A stretch of DNA of 64,000 nucleotides from Clostridiales bacterium (lineage in GTDB: Bacteria > Bacillota > Clostridia > Oscillospirales > UBA644), in contig QAKR01000043.1 in NCBI GenBank assembly GCA_003343705.1, positions 25,237 to 89,236 of the forward strand, written 5' to 3'. The first letter of the stretch is position 1. Each line of letters opens with the position of its first letter. Below the pieces are notes generated by a model that was not told where the DNA came from, did no database searches, and worked only from the letters and a program-made list of their open reading frames with translations. The position numbers were made by a program, and so were the translations under genes. Below, one piece after another: positions 45,194 through 55,474 of the stretch.

Positions 45194-47089
45194 ATGGATA
45201 AGCTAATAGGAAAAGTCCTTGACGGACGTTATATAATAAAAGAGATTATAGGAACCGGCGGAATGAGTGTTGTCTACAAGGCAGAGGATACACTTGAAGA
45301 CAGATTTGTTGCAATAAAAATTCTTAAAGAAGAATTTGTAAGTGAACCTAAATTCAGACGTCGCTTTTTAAATGAATCCCGAGCAATTGCTATGCTTTCA
45401 CACGAAAATATAGTTGATGTTGTTGACGTTAATTTTGAAGGTGAGCTTCAATACATAGTTATGGAGCACATCGATGGAATAACACTCAAAGAATATATAA
45501 ATTCAAAAGGTGCACTTCCTATTGAAGAAGCTCTAAATTACACTAAGCAGATACTACAGGCTCTTCGTCATGCCCATGAAAGAGGTGTAGTACACCGTGA
45601 TATTAAGCCTCAAAATATAATGCTATTACAAGATAATAAAATAAAAGTCACGGATTTCGGCATAGCACATGTTTCGAATTTTGAAACAGTAACCATGTCT
45701 GAAATGGCCATAGGATCTGTACACTATATCAGCCCTGAACAAGCAAAAGGAATGCCCACCGACGAGAAAAGCGATCTTTACTCCACAGGGGTTATGCTTT
45801 ATGAAATGATAACAGGCAGACTGCCGTTTGAAAGTGACACTGCTGTTTCTGTTGCTCTTATGCAAGTTCAACAAGATCCGCCTATGCCTTCGACATATAT
45901 CCAAACATTGCCCGTTGGCATTGAACAAATAATTATAAAAGCAATGCAGAAAAAAGTAGCTTACAGATATCAAAACGCACAAGAGATGCTTGATGACATT
46001 GAAGCATTTGAAGAAGACAATTCAATAGTTTTTGATCATTCAACAGATATTTCTCTTGATGAATCAACAAAGATGCTTGGTCGAATAAAAATAGATGAAA
46101 CACCTGAAGAGCGTAAAAGACTTATGTGGAAAAATAGGATATTTGCGCTTTGTTCAGGGGCTGCAGCAGCAATAATAGTTTTAATAATTGGCTCAATCTT
46201 ATTGTTTACATTGGGATCTGAGGATTCTAATTTAATTGAGATACCTAATCTGGTAGGTCAGCTTGCTGCAAACGTGAAAGAAGATATCAGCATTATTAAA
46301 TATTTCACAATAACAGAACAAGAAGCATATGACGATACTGTCAATCAGGGGTATATAATTTCACAAAACCCAGACGCCGGCAAAAAATACGAACAAGGCA
46401 AAGAAATAACGATCGTAGTAAGTAAAGGCAAAGAAATGACAACTGTTCCTCAAATAGTGGACATGGCTCCGGGACAAGCAAGAGTTATGATTGAAGGAGC
46501 AGGCCTTGTTTTCGGCAAAACAACATACAAACAAAGTAAAGATATACAAGAAGGGTTTATTATAACCTGTACTCCCGAGCCGGGTAGTTCTGTCGCAGCA
46601 GGAACGACAATTGATATAGTTATTTCCAAAGCGGAAGTAACGACATCTTCAACTGTTCCCGATGTTGTCGGCAAGTCGGAAGATGAGGCAAAGTCCACAC
46701 TTTCCAAACAAGGACTTTTAGTTGAAATAAAAGCAACATATAACAATTCATATGCAGAAGGTCTTGTTATTTCAACATCCCCTACTGCAGGTACAGAAGT
46801 AAATGAAGGCGATACCGTAACTTTATATATATCTAAAGGTGCAAGTCCATCATCTCCCACAATCCCGCAAAATTTAATAGGGAAACAGGAAGACGAGGTC
46901 ATTAGTATTCTGACGGGTCTTGGTCTTAAGGTAAACGCCGTAGAACATGAGAATTCGTCATATGAACCGGGTACGGTATATTCTGTTACACCACAACCGG
47001 GAACGACAGTGGAGGCCGGATCTACCGTAACAATTTCGGTGGCTGCAGGAAAAAATCCTGAACCTCAGCCGGAGCAACCAAACGAATGA
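45194..47089 (+). CDS. prkC: Ser/Thr protein kinase with four PASTA repeats (PrkC/PknB type)
   Basis: GTGGMSVVYKA..AIK, HRDIKPQN and DFG motifs, one TM helix, and four PASTA-like units (IPNLVGQ, VPQIVDM, VPDVVGK, IPQNLIG). I prefer the ATG at 45194 (RBS aaggag). Confidence 0.9.
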   Translation: MDKLIGKVLDGRYIIKEIIGTGGMSVVYKAEDTLEDRFVAIKILKEEFVSEPKFRRRFLNESRAIAMLSHENIVDVVDVNFEGELQYIVMEHIDGITLKEYINSKGALPIEEALNYTKQILQALRHAHERGVVHRDIKPQNIMLLQDNKIKVTDFGIAHVSNFETVTMSEMAIGSVHYISPEQAKGMPTDEKSDLYSTGVMLYEMITGRLPFESDTAVSVALMQVQQDPPMPSTYIQTLPVGIEQIIIKAMQKKVAYRYQNAQEMLDDIEAFEEDNSIVFDHSTDISLDESTKMLGRIKIDETPEERKRLMWKNRIFALCSGAAAAIIVLIIGSILLFTLGSEDSNLIEIPNLVGQLAANVKEDISIIKYFTITEQEAYDDTVNQGYIISQNPDAGKKYEQGKEITIVVSKGKEMTTVPQIVDMAPGQARVMIEGAGLVFGKTTYKQSKDIQEGFIITCTPEPGSSVAAGTTIDIVISKAEVTTSSTVPDVVGKSEDEAKSTLSKQGLLVEIKATYNNSYAEGLVISTSPTAGTEVNEGDTVTLYISKGASPSSPTIPQNLIGKQEDEVISILTGLGLKVNAVEHENSSYEPGTVYSVTPQPGTTVEAGSTVTISVAAGKNPEPQPEQPNE

Positions 47090-47955
47090 TGAAAAAAATA
47101 ATAATTAAAGGTGTAGGCGGTCTTTACACTGTAAAAACGGGCGAAGGTAATATTGAATGCCGTGCAAGAGGTGTTTTTCGTAATGAGAATATTACGCCTC
47201 TCGTTGGAGATTACGTAGAAACAGAAAACGGAGTAATTACAAAAATTCTTCCGCGGAAAAACAGCCTAATTCGTCCACCCTGCGCTAATATAGATAAAAT
47301 GTTTTTGGTTGTTGCACTTAATAATCCACTGCCTAATTTATATACTCTTGATAAAATGCTTGCGATAACTTATTATCACAATATTGAGCCTATATTGATT
47401 TTTAATAAAGCGGATTTGGGTGACGAGCTTTGTGTTGAAAATATTTACGGAAATCTGCCTATAAAACACTTCACACTATGTGCAACCAATGACAATCTTA
47501 ACGTTGCGGAGAAATTACGGGATCTTATTAATGGAAACACTGTTGTTTTGAGCGGGCTTTCAGGTGTCGGCAAATCGACTCTTATGAATATTTTAGATAA
47601 AAACCTTTCACTGCAAACAGGATGTGTAGGTGAAAAATCCCTTAGAGGTAAACATACAACGCGCCATGTAGAGCTCTTTGATTTAGCCGGCGGCCGTGTT
47701 CTGGACACTCCTGGATTCAGCAATTTACTTTTTGAATATTTTGACATCAAAGACCGTTCACTTCTGGCTGGATGTTTCCCTGAATTTACCGAGTATATGG
47801 GGAATTGCAGGTTCTCTGATTGTGCACATATTAAAGAACCCGGCTGCGGCATTATAAATGCGGTTAAAGATGGTATTATACCTAAAAGCAGACACGACCA
47901 TTATAGGCAGATGTATGATGAAATAGGACCTTTAGAAGAGTGGAAAGATAAATGA
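47086..47955 (+). CDS. rsgA: ribosome small-subunit-dependent GTPase A
   Basis: NKADL, GLSGVGKSTLMN and a zinc knuckle CRFSDCAHIKEPGC. Confidence 0.9.
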   Translation: MMKKIIIKGVGGLYTVKTGEGNIECRARGVFRNENITPLVGDYVETENGVITKILPRKNSLIRPPCANIDKMFLVVALNNPLPNLYTLDKMLAITYYHNIEPILIFNKADLGDELCVENIYGNLPIKHFTLCATNDNLNVAEKLRDLINGNTVVLSGLSGVGKSTLMNILDKNLSLQTGCVGEKSLRGKHTTRHVELFDLAGGRVLDTPGFSNLLFEYFDIKDRSLLAGCFPEFTEYMGNCRFSDCAHIKEPGCGIINAVKDGIIPKSRHDHYRQMYDEIGPLEEWKDK

Positions 47956-48581
47956 GAGCATTAATTTTTTGTAAAAGTGACGGCGACAGTTTGCCGATAG
48001 AAATAAAAAAGAATGACTTTATAATTTGTGCAGACAGCGGCGCAGAATATGCTTGGAGATGTGGCGCCACGCCTTCTCTTTTTGTTGGAGATTGTGACAG
48101 TTTTTCTAAAAACATTGCTGATAAATTCAGTTGCGAAAAAATATATTTACCTGAAGAAAAAGACTGCACAGACACATATTTTGCAGTTCAAAAAGCTCTT
48201 GAGAAAGGTGCCGACGAGATTATTATCTGCGGAGGTTTAGGGGGCCGGCTGGACCACACACTTGGAAACATTGCAACACTACGTCATGTAAAGATGAGCG
48301 GGAAAAAAGGGTTTTTATGTAATGAAAACACAATAGTTCACTATCTTTGTGATAACTCAAAACTATTACTTCCCTATTCCTCGCACTGTGAATACATTTC
48401 ATTAATTGCTCTTACCGAATCAACCGGTATTACTTTAAAAAATTTAAAATACCCTCTTGAAAACTATACAATGAAAACAGATTTTCCTATCGGTGTAAGT
48501 AACGAGTTTGTCTCGCAAAAAGACGCTACCGTTTTTATGAAAAATGGTGAAATTCTGGTAATATTAACTTTTAAGAATTAA
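47952..48581 (+). CDS. thiN: thiamine diphosphokinase
   Basis: GDCDS and GGLGGRLDHTLGN blocks. 209 aa. Confidence 0.8.
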   Translation: MRALIFCKSDGDSLPIEIKKNDFIICADSGAEYAWRCGATPSLFVGDCDSFSKNIADKFSCEKIYLPEEKDCTDTYFAVQKALEKGADEIIICGGLGGRLDHTLGNIATLRHVKMSGKKGFLCNENTIVHYLCDNSKLLLPYSSHCEYISLIALTESTGITLKNLKYPLENYTMKTDFPIGVSNEFVSQKDATVFMKNGEILVILTFKN

Positions 48582-48602
48582 AACACAAATAACGTTAAAA
48601 AT

Positions 48603-48638
48603 AACAATACCTAAGATAAAGAAAGGTATTGTTTTTTT
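48603..48638 (+). terminator. hairpin plus U5 directly abutting the CBS gene start codon
   Basis: aacaatacct / aggtattgtt form a 10-bp stem (48603-48633). TTTTT follows, then the ATG at 48639. Confidence 0.6.
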
Positions 48639-49055
48639 ATGAAAATTAAAGATATTATGTCAAGGGATATAAAATATATATCACCCGAATCAGGAATTGA
48701 CGAAGCCGCTAAAATAATGGAAGACGATGATATCGGATTTGTACCTGTTGTTTCAGACGGACTTTTATGCGGAGTTTTAACCGATAGAGATATTACTCTT
48801 CGTTGTGTTGCAAAAAAATCCAACCCCGATAATATGACAGCAAAAGATGTTATGTCAACCCGACTTGTGCACATAAGCCCTGATCACTCTATAACAGAGG
48901 CAGCAAGGCTCATGGCAAAAGAACAAATCAGGAGGCTTCCTGTATGTGAAGACGGAAGGCTTGTGGGAATTATTACGTTGGGAGACATCTCCAGATGTAA
49001 GAATTATTTTTCTGAAACAGCCGCCGCGTTTTGCGACATTTCAAAACCTGAATAA
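48639..49055 (+). CDS. CBS-pair domain protein
   Basis: Two CBS repeats (KDIMSRDI..., AKDVMSTRLV...RRLPV). 138 aa. Confidence 0.8.
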   Translation: MKIKDIMSRDIKYISPESGIDEAAKIMEDDDIGFVPVVSDGLLCGVLTDRDITLRCVAKKSNPDNMTAKDVMSTRLVHISPDHSITEAARLMAKEQIRRLPVCEDGRLVGIITLGDISRCKNYFSETAAAFCDISKPE

Positions 49056-49059
49056 CAAT

Positions 49060-49096
49060 TGCCAAGACATTGGGAATCCTTTGTCTTGGCAGTTTT
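49060..49096 (+). terminator. intrinsic terminator after the CBS gene
   Basis: tgccaagaca / tgtcttggca form a 10-bp stem followed by gtttt. Confidence 0.7.
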
Positions 49097-49302
49097 ACAT
49101 AAAAAATAAATATATAAACAGGGCTACACAAATTTAAATAATAGTTCATTATTAAAAATTTCAGGTTTAAAATATTTATTATTTATATTAAATAAAAAGC
49201 ACATGAATAATAAATTTTATTAAGATAACAAGTAATTATTAGCTACAAAAATTATTAAAGGAAGCCAGTTTTTAGCTTAATATACCACAATATAAATTAC
49301 AA

Positions 49303-49331
49303 TTGACAAAACGCGAAAAATGTTGTATAAT
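49303..49331 (+). promoter_or_regulatory. promoter of the plus-strand glycan operon
   Basis: TTGACA (49303-49308), 17 nt spacer, TATAAT (49326-49331). RBS aaaggag precedes the TTG start at 49356. Confidence 0.6.
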
Positions 49332-49355
49332 ATATAATTAAAGGAGTGCGTTAAA

Positions 49356-50360
49356 TTGACAGTTTCACTTGGAATTATTGCTTATAACGAAGAAAAATAT
49401 CTTAATAACATATTTAAAGACCTTTGCGCCCAAGACTTTGACCACAGCAAAATCGAAGTTGTATTGATAAACAGTGCATCAACTGATAATACAAACGCTA
49501 TTATGGAGGATTTTGCAGCACGAAATGAGGGGTTTATGAGCGTAAAAGTTCTGGAAAATCCTAAAAAAACTCTACCCTGCGGTTGGAATGTTTTTATCAA
49601 TGAATCGGAAGGAGACCTTCTGATAAAGTGGGATGCGCATGCTTCATTTCCGCCGGACTTCATTACGGCATCAGTCCGTTGTATAGAAAGCGGTGAAGAT
49701 GTATGCGGGGGAATTCGACCCTGCATAGTCGATGAAAACACACCATATAAAAACACACTTTTACTTGCTGAAAATTCACTTTTCGGCAGTAGTTTTGCAC
49801 CCTATCGCCGAAATACCGGCAAGGAATATGTAAAATCGGTTTTTCACGGTACTTATAAGAGAGAAGCCCTTATAAAAATCGGCGGATTTGATGAACGCCT
49901 TACTCGTACAGAAGATAACGATATTCATTATAGACTACGTAAAAACGGATATAAAATCTGTTTTGATAATAAAATACAATCAAAGCAGCTTATACGAGCT
50001 TCTTTTTCAAAAATGCTTAAACAAAAATATGCAAACGGTAAATGGATTGGTTTAACAACGGCTGTACAGCCTAAATGTTTAGAACTTTATCATTTTGTAC
50101 CGTTTTGTTTTATTGTGGGAATAGTTTTAACAACAATACTTGCTTGCTTCGGAATATGGCAACTTGCAGCACTTATGTGGGCTCTTTACGGAATTTTAGA
50201 TATTGCAATGAGCGCCGCAACAATTATTCGCAATAAACATTTTCATATTTCACAACTTTTATTACCTATAATGTTTTTACTTTTGCATATCGCTTATGGA
50301 ATAGGAACAGTGGTTGGATTTGTAAAAATTCCTTTTTGGAAGGAGAAAAAACATGAATGA
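49356..50360 (+). CDS. family 2 glycosyltransferase with C-terminal TM helices
   Basis: GIIAYNEEKYL and a TEDND (DxD-like) block. Three or four C-terminal TM segments. Confidence 0.8.
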   Translation: MTVSLGIIAYNEEKYLNNIFKDLCAQDFDHSKIEVVLINSASTDNTNAIMEDFAARNEGFMSVKVLENPKKTLPCGWNVFINESEGDLLIKWDAHASFPPDFITASVRCIESGEDVCGGIRPCIVDENTPYKNTLLLAENSLFGSSFAPYRRNTGKEYVKSVFHGTYKREALIKIGGFDERLTRTEDNDIHYRLRKNGYKICFDNKIQSKQLIRASFSKMLKQKYANGKWIGLTTAVQPKCLELYHFVPFCFIVGIVLTTILACFGIWQLAALMWALYGILDIAMSAATIIRNKHFHISQLLLPIMFLLLHIAYGIGTVVGFVKIPFWKEKKHE

Positions 50361-51222
50361 TTTTTCTCTGAGGGAGCTTCAACAAAAAAGTCTTGAAATT
50401 GCATTGTATTTTAAAGAATTTTGCAACGAGCACGGGCTTTTGTTCTTTATGTGTGGTGGCTGCTGTATCGGTGCACTTCGACATAAAGGATTTATCCCTT
50501 GGGACGACGACGTTGATGTTTTTATGCCCAGGGATGATTATGAAAAGTTAAAAAGGTTATGGCCGGAATATGCGAATACGGAAAAGTATTCCTGTGTCTT
50601 TTCCGATAAAACAATAGTAGACGGAAATTTATTTATTACCATCAGAGACAACGAAACAACTGCAATAAAGCCCTATCAAACAAATTTAGATATAAGCCAT
50701 GGAGTTGCCCTTGATGTTTTACCGCTTGATGGCTGGCCTGACAGCAGCATCAAACGTAAATTCCAAGTTTTTTGGGCTCTTATTTATTCCATATATTGTG
50801 CTCAAACGGTTCCGGTAAACCACGGAAAAGCTGTTACTTTATGCGGCAAAATCGCATTGAGTATAATTCCTTCTAAAAAACTACGTTATAAAATATGGAA
50901 ACTTGCAGAACGTAAAATGACAAAATATAAAATTAATGAATGTGATAATATTACCGAACTTTGCTCAGGGCCTTATTATATGAAAAAGCAATATCCGAGA
51001 TCAGCTTTTGACAAAGCTCTTTGGGTAGATTTTGAAAATGTTCAAATGCCAATTCCTGAAGGATACGATATTTATCTTAAAACGGCGTTTGGCGATTATA
51101 TGCAAATGCCGCCGCCGGAAAAACAAAAACCTCATCATGACGCAGTATTTATTGATTTACATAATACTTATAAAAAATATAAAGGTATACATTACCTTAC
51201 CGAAAGGGATGACCTTAAATGA
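50353..51222 (+). CDS. LicD-family phosphotransferase (phosphocholine/ribitol-phosphate transferase type)
   Basis: GGCCIGALRHKGFIPWDDDVDVFM is the signature LicD block. Confidence 0.8.
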   Translation: MNDFSLRELQQKSLEIALYFKEFCNEHGLLFFMCGGCCIGALRHKGFIPWDDDVDVFMPRDDYEKLKRLWPEYANTEKYSCVFSDKTIVDGNLFITIRDNETTAIKPYQTNLDISHGVALDVLPLDGWPDSSIKRKFQVFWALIYSIYCAQTVPVNHGKAVTLCGKIALSIIPSKKLRYKIWKLAERKMTKYKINECDNITELCSGPYYMKKQYPRSAFDKALWVDFENVQMPIPEGYDIYLKTAFGDYMQMPPPEKQKPHHDAVFIDLHNTYKKYKGIHYLTERDDLK

Positions 51223-51932
51223 TTTTCGGAGCAATTCTCGCCGGCGGAGTCGGAAGCAGAATGAAAATAGCGGACAGGCCAAAACAATTTTTACCATTAG
51301 GTGAAAAACCTATACTGATTCATACACTTGAAAAATTTTTACTTAGCACACGTTTCGAAAAAGTATATGTCGGAGTTCACGAAAAATGGGTTCTTCATGC
51401 TAAGGATCTTGTAAAAAAGTATATTTCAGAACCAGAACGCGTTGAAATAATCGAAGGTGGAAAAGACCGTAACGGCACAATAATGAACGTAATAAACTCC
51501 ATCGAACAAACATACGGAGAAAGCGCTGACCATATCATCGTCACACACGATGCTGTTCGTCCGTTTTTAACGATACGTATTATTGAAGAGAATATAGATG
51601 CGGCAATACAATACGGAGCTTGTGACACTGTCATTGCAGCAACAGACACAATTGTGCGTTCTGACGAAGGGGAATTCATAACAGAAATCCCTGAACGTCG
51701 TTTGATGTACCAAGGTCAGACTCCTCAAAGTTTTAACATGTCGCTTCTTAAACGCATTTATAATTCACTAACCGAAGAACAAAAAAACATACTCACCGAC
51801 GCTTGTAAAATATGTGTAGTCGGAAATGTACCGGTTCGCCTTGTAAATGGTGACGTTGCAAATATGAAAATCACTACAATTGAGGATTACCGTGTTGCGG
51901 AAGCGATGGCGGGAGGAAACAAACGTGATTAA
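51219..51932 (+). CDS. tarI: D-ribitol-5-phosphate cytidylyltransferase (IspD/TarI family)
   Basis: AILAGGVGSRM N-terminus. Followed by a Zn-ADH-type reductase, as in tarIJ pairs. Confidence 0.75.
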   Translation: MIFGAILAGGVGSRMKIADRPKQFLPLGEKPILIHTLEKFLLSTRFEKVYVGVHEKWVLHAKDLVKKYISEPERVEIIEGGKDRNGTIMNVINSIEQTYGESADHIIVTHDAVRPFLTIRIIEENIDAAIQYGACDTVIAATDTIVRSDEGEFITEIPERRLMYQGQTPQSFNMSLLKRIYNSLTEEQKNILTDACKICVVGNVPVRLVNGDVANMKITTIEDYRVAEAMAGGNKRD

Positions 51933-52938
51933 TTCAATTTATCAGCTTGTAAGCCCTCATGTATTTTCCGTTAAATACCAGCAGATGGATACAAATGATA
52001 AAGTTATTATACGGCCTGAGTATATGGCAATATGTCATGCGGATCAACGTTATTACAGAGGGCTCAGAAATCCTAAAGATCTGGCAAAAAAATTGCCCAT
52101 GGCCCTTATCCATGAGTGTGCGGGCATTGTTATAAAAGATAACAGCGGTTCATTTAAGGCTGGGCAGAGGGTTGTAATGGTTCCAAATATTCCGGGAGAC
52201 AGTCTCGACGGGATATATGAGAATTACGCACCCAACAGCGGGTTTCTTTCAAGCGGACATGATGGATTTATGCGTGAGCTTGTCAGCATAAACAGCGACC
52301 GTGTTGTATCATATGAAAATATCGATTCGACGACTGCAGCAATTACGGAATTTATAAGCGTTGCAGTTCATGCTGTCTCACGTCTTGAAAAAAAGGCTCA
52401 CTCATATCGGAATGATTTTGTTATTTTCGGAGACGGAAGTCTTTCATATGTTGTAAGCCTTGTGCTTAAAAATGTGTTCCCTTCTGCGAAGATAACTGTT
52501 GTAGGCATGAATCCTAAAAAGCTTGATCTTTTCAGCTTTGTTGATAATACTTATCTTGTAAACGAACTTCCGGAGGATTACCGTTGCGATCATGCATTTG
52601 AATGTTGCGGCGGTGAAGGAAGTCAGTCTGCTATATCTGAGATAATAGCTCATATAAGACCCCAGGGTACAATAATGTTAATGGGTGTAAGTGAAAACCC
52701 CGTACCTATTTTCACACGTATGGTTCTTGAAAAAGGACTCACAATTATAGGCAGCAGCCGTTCAGGCCGAAAAGATTTTGAGCGTGCAATATCTCTTATG
52801 CAAAATGTTGAAATGCAAACAAGATTAACTTCAATTATTCAGGAAGACGAGCCGGTGCATTATGTAAAAGACATCCACCGTGCTTTTGAAACAGATCTCA
52901 CCACACCATTTAAAACTGTTTTTAAGTGGAATATATAA
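51925..52938 (+). CDS. tarJ: ribulose-5-phosphate reductase / ribitol-5-phosphate dehydrogenase (MDR Zn-ADH family, TarJ-like)
   Basis: CHADQRY Zn-ligand region and an FGDGSLSYV nucleotide fold. I prefer the GTG at 51925 (RBS gggagga, overlaps the tarI stop) over the ORF-track start at 51880. Confidence 0.7.
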   Translation: MINSIYQLVSPHVFSVKYQQMDTNDKVIIRPEYMAICHADQRYYRGLRNPKDLAKKLPMALIHECAGIVIKDNSGSFKAGQRVVMVPNIPGDSLDGIYENYAPNSGFLSSGHDGFMRELVSINSDRVVSYENIDSTTAAITEFISVAVHAVSRLEKKAHSYRNDFVIFGDGSLSYVVSLVLKNVFPSAKITVVGMNPKKLDLFSFVDNTYLVNELPEDYRCDHAFECCGGEGSQSAISEIIAHIRPQGTIMLMGVSENPVPIFTRMVLEKGLTIIGSSRSGRKDFERAISLMQNVEMQTRLTSIIQEDEPVHYVKDIHRAFETDLTTPFKTVFKWNI

Positions 52939-52971
52939 ATTAATTAAAAAAGGATTATTGCGGACAAGAAG

Positions 52972-53985
52972 GTGTTTTCAAAAATTATACGTACTTCGCC
53001 TCACCGCACGGTATACCCTATGCCTAAAATAAGCATAATAGTTCCTATTTATAATGTTGAACCATATCTTGATAAATGTGTAAATTCAATTCTATCGCAA
53101 ACATTTACAGATTTTGAACTTATACTTGTTGACGACGACTCGCCAGACCGTTGCGGAGAAATGTGTGACGAGTATGCAAAAAATGACAACCGTATAAAAG
53201 TAATACATCGTAAAAACGGAGGATTGAGTGCAGCAAGAAACAGTGGCATTGATGTTGCGAAAGGCGAATATATAGGCTTTATTGATAGTGATGACTATAT
53301 TGATGAGGGCATGTACGAACATTTATATAAAGCTATAACAAAATACGACGCGGATATTGCCTGCGGAGGGATTTTTGACACATATCCAACAAAAACAACT
53401 ATTCTTTACGAACCGCTGGATCAAGTTTGCGTAAACGGAGAAGAAGCGTACAGAATAATGATGGAAGGGAAACACAGCTCATACTCAGTCTGTGGTAAAC
53501 TCTTTTCCGCCAAATCTATAGGGGATGTTCGCTTTCCCGAAGGTCGTCTTTATGAAGATGTATTCTTCTTACCTGATTATATTCAAAATGTTCAAAAAGC
53601 TGTAATTGATAATAAGCCATTTTACCACTATGTTCACCGCCGTGAAAGTATTACAACAAAAAAAATAACCAAGAAAAATTGTGATATTCTTGATGGCTAT
53701 CAACACAACCTAGATATTATTAATAAAAAATATCCTAATTTAATTAAATACGGCGAGTTCAGATATTTTTGGGGTTGTTTTGTGTTGCTGGACGGAATTA
53801 TGGCTGAGGAAAATCCTAAAGAAAACCCTCTTTATAATGAAGTTCTTGATAAAATAAGAAAAAATACTTTTAAAATATTACGTATCCCTTATTTTAGAAA
53901 AAAAAGGCATATTGCAGTGTGTATATTAAGATTAAATACAGCATTATACCGTTTTTTTGTTGTCAGAGACGCAGGTCGTATATGA
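52972..53985 (+). CDS. family 2 glycosyltransferase
   Basis: ISIIVPIYNVEPYL, VDDDSPD and FIDSDD (DxD). The start is either the GTG at 52972 or the ATG at 53020. Confidence 0.85.
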   Translation: MFSKIIRTSPHRTVYPMPKISIIVPIYNVEPYLDKCVNSILSQTFTDFELILVDDDSPDRCGEMCDEYAKNDNRIKVIHRKNGGLSAARNSGIDVAKGEYIGFIDSDDYIDEGMYEHLYKAITKYDADIACGGIFDTYPTKTTILYEPLDQVCVNGEEAYRIMMEGKHSSYSVCGKLFSAKSIGDVRFPEGRLYEDVFFLPDYIQNVQKAVIDNKPFYHYVHRRESITTKKITKKNCDILDGYQHNLDIINKKYPNLIKYGEFRYFWGCFVLLDGIMAEENPKENPLYNEVLDKIRKNTFKILRIPYFRKKRHIAVCILRLNTALYRFFVVRDAGRI

Positions 53986-54001
53986 AGGAGAAGCTTAAAT
54001 A

Positions 54002-55474
54002 ATGAAGAAAAAAATTGAAAACATTGCTTACAAATGCACTTTCCCCTATATTTTAATATATCTATTCTATGTTTGCATTAATGATATCTTATTTTTTATA
54101 AATTTATTAAATCCTATTAATAAGCTAATTTATCCTATGTTTGCAATAGCCGGTGCAATTCTGATTATTATAGACTTTTTCGGGCAAAGGCGAATGTTGA
54201 AAGCAAAAGGTTCATTGTTTTTGGTATTATTCGTTATTTTTACAGGTATTTCATCTCTTATAAACGCACGTTATGGGTTTGTAGAAAACGTAAAAACCAT
54301 TGTTTGGACAGCAATACTTTTTTTTGTCATTTATTCATTTACACAAATGCAATCAAAAACAGATTCTATAAAACAACTTAAAATTATCTCAAACACAATT
54401 ACTCCTATTTATTTCGGCGGAGTTATAGTTTCTTTTATGCAATTTGTTTTTCAAATTAATTATAATGTTCTTTCCTTAGATTCTGGCAAAAGTATGCGTC
54501 AAGGGTTTACCGAAGGCAGACTGTTTGGTGTTTTTTATGATCCGAATTACTCAGGAATAACTTGTCTTTGCATGATAGCATTAAGCGTATTTTTTATATT
54601 AAATTCTAAAAATATCTTGCTTAAAATATATCATTGGGTTAACATTGTTTTTCAGATTCTATATGTTGTTTTATGTGCATCACGCACCGCACAGCTTGCA
54701 GCATTAATTGCTCTTATTATATGTATTCCATATCCACTTTATCGTTTCTTACGTAATAAACAAAAAATACGCTTTGTTTCATTTATTATAGCGTTATCTG
54801 TTGCGGTAGGTTGTTGTGTGGTTGTTGTATACGGAACACAACTTATACGAGAAGGTGCAAGTTATCTACCTTCGCTAATAGGTGTTACACAAAAGAATCC
54901 GACAGGAACAGAAAAACCTGGAAACAATCATCAAGTTATTATGACACGCCCGGATACAGGTACCGAAAGCGAAATTTCAAACCACCGTATTGAAATATGG
55001 TTAGGGGGGTTAGAAATATGGAAATCAACACCGTTTTTCGGAACATCTCCAAGAAATAATCTTATTTACGCAAAAGAAGTTATGCCTGACAGCTTTATAG
55101 CAAAAAGCGGATATTCCATGCATAACGGTTATTTGAATGTTCTTGTCAGCACTGGATTCTTCGGGGCGATTTCATTTATCGGATTTGTTGTTATGTACCT
55201 ATGTTGTGTTATAAAAAGATTTCTAACAGCAACTAAATCAACTGATTTCTCGAAACCAGCAGTATTATTATCTATATTAATATGTTGTTCTTTAGGTGCA
55301 ATGTCTCTTCAAATGTTGATATTTATGAACTCTATTAGAGAAGTATTTTTCTGGACAATATTAGGATATATGCTTTCACTTATGCCAGGTGATACTACTG
55401 ACGAAAAACAACCTGTTCTCTATCGATTAAGCGAAAGTTTAATTTCTCATTTAAAAAAAGAGAGGAATATATGA
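54002..55474 (+). CDS. O-antigen polymerase/ligase-family (Wzy-like) membrane protein
   Basis: At least 10 TM helices with one large hydrophilic loop (NHRIEIWLGGLEIW). Confidence 0.7.
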   Translation: MKKKIENIAYKCTFPYILIYLFYVCINDILFFINLLNPINKLIYPMFAIAGAILIIIDFFGQRRMLKAKGSLFLVLFVIFTGISSLINARYGFVENVKTIVWTAILFFVIYSFTQMQSKTDSIKQLKIISNTITPIYFGGVIVSFMQFVFQINYNVLSLDSGKSMRQGFTEGRLFGVFYDPNYSGITCLCMIALSVFFILNSKNILLKIYHWVNIVFQILYVVLCASRTAQLAALIALIICIPYPLYRFLRNKQKIRFVSFIIALSVAVGCCVVVVYGTQLIREGASYLPSLIGVTQKNPTGTEKPGNNHQVIMTRPDTGTESEISNHRIEIWLGGLEIWKSTPFFGTSPRNNLIYAKEVMPDSFIAKSGYSMHNGYLNVLVSTGFFGAISFIGFVVMYLCCVIKRFLTATKSTDFSKPAVLLSILICCSLGAMSLQMLIFMNSIREVFFWTILGYMLSLMPGDTTDEKQPVLYRLSESLISHLKKERNI

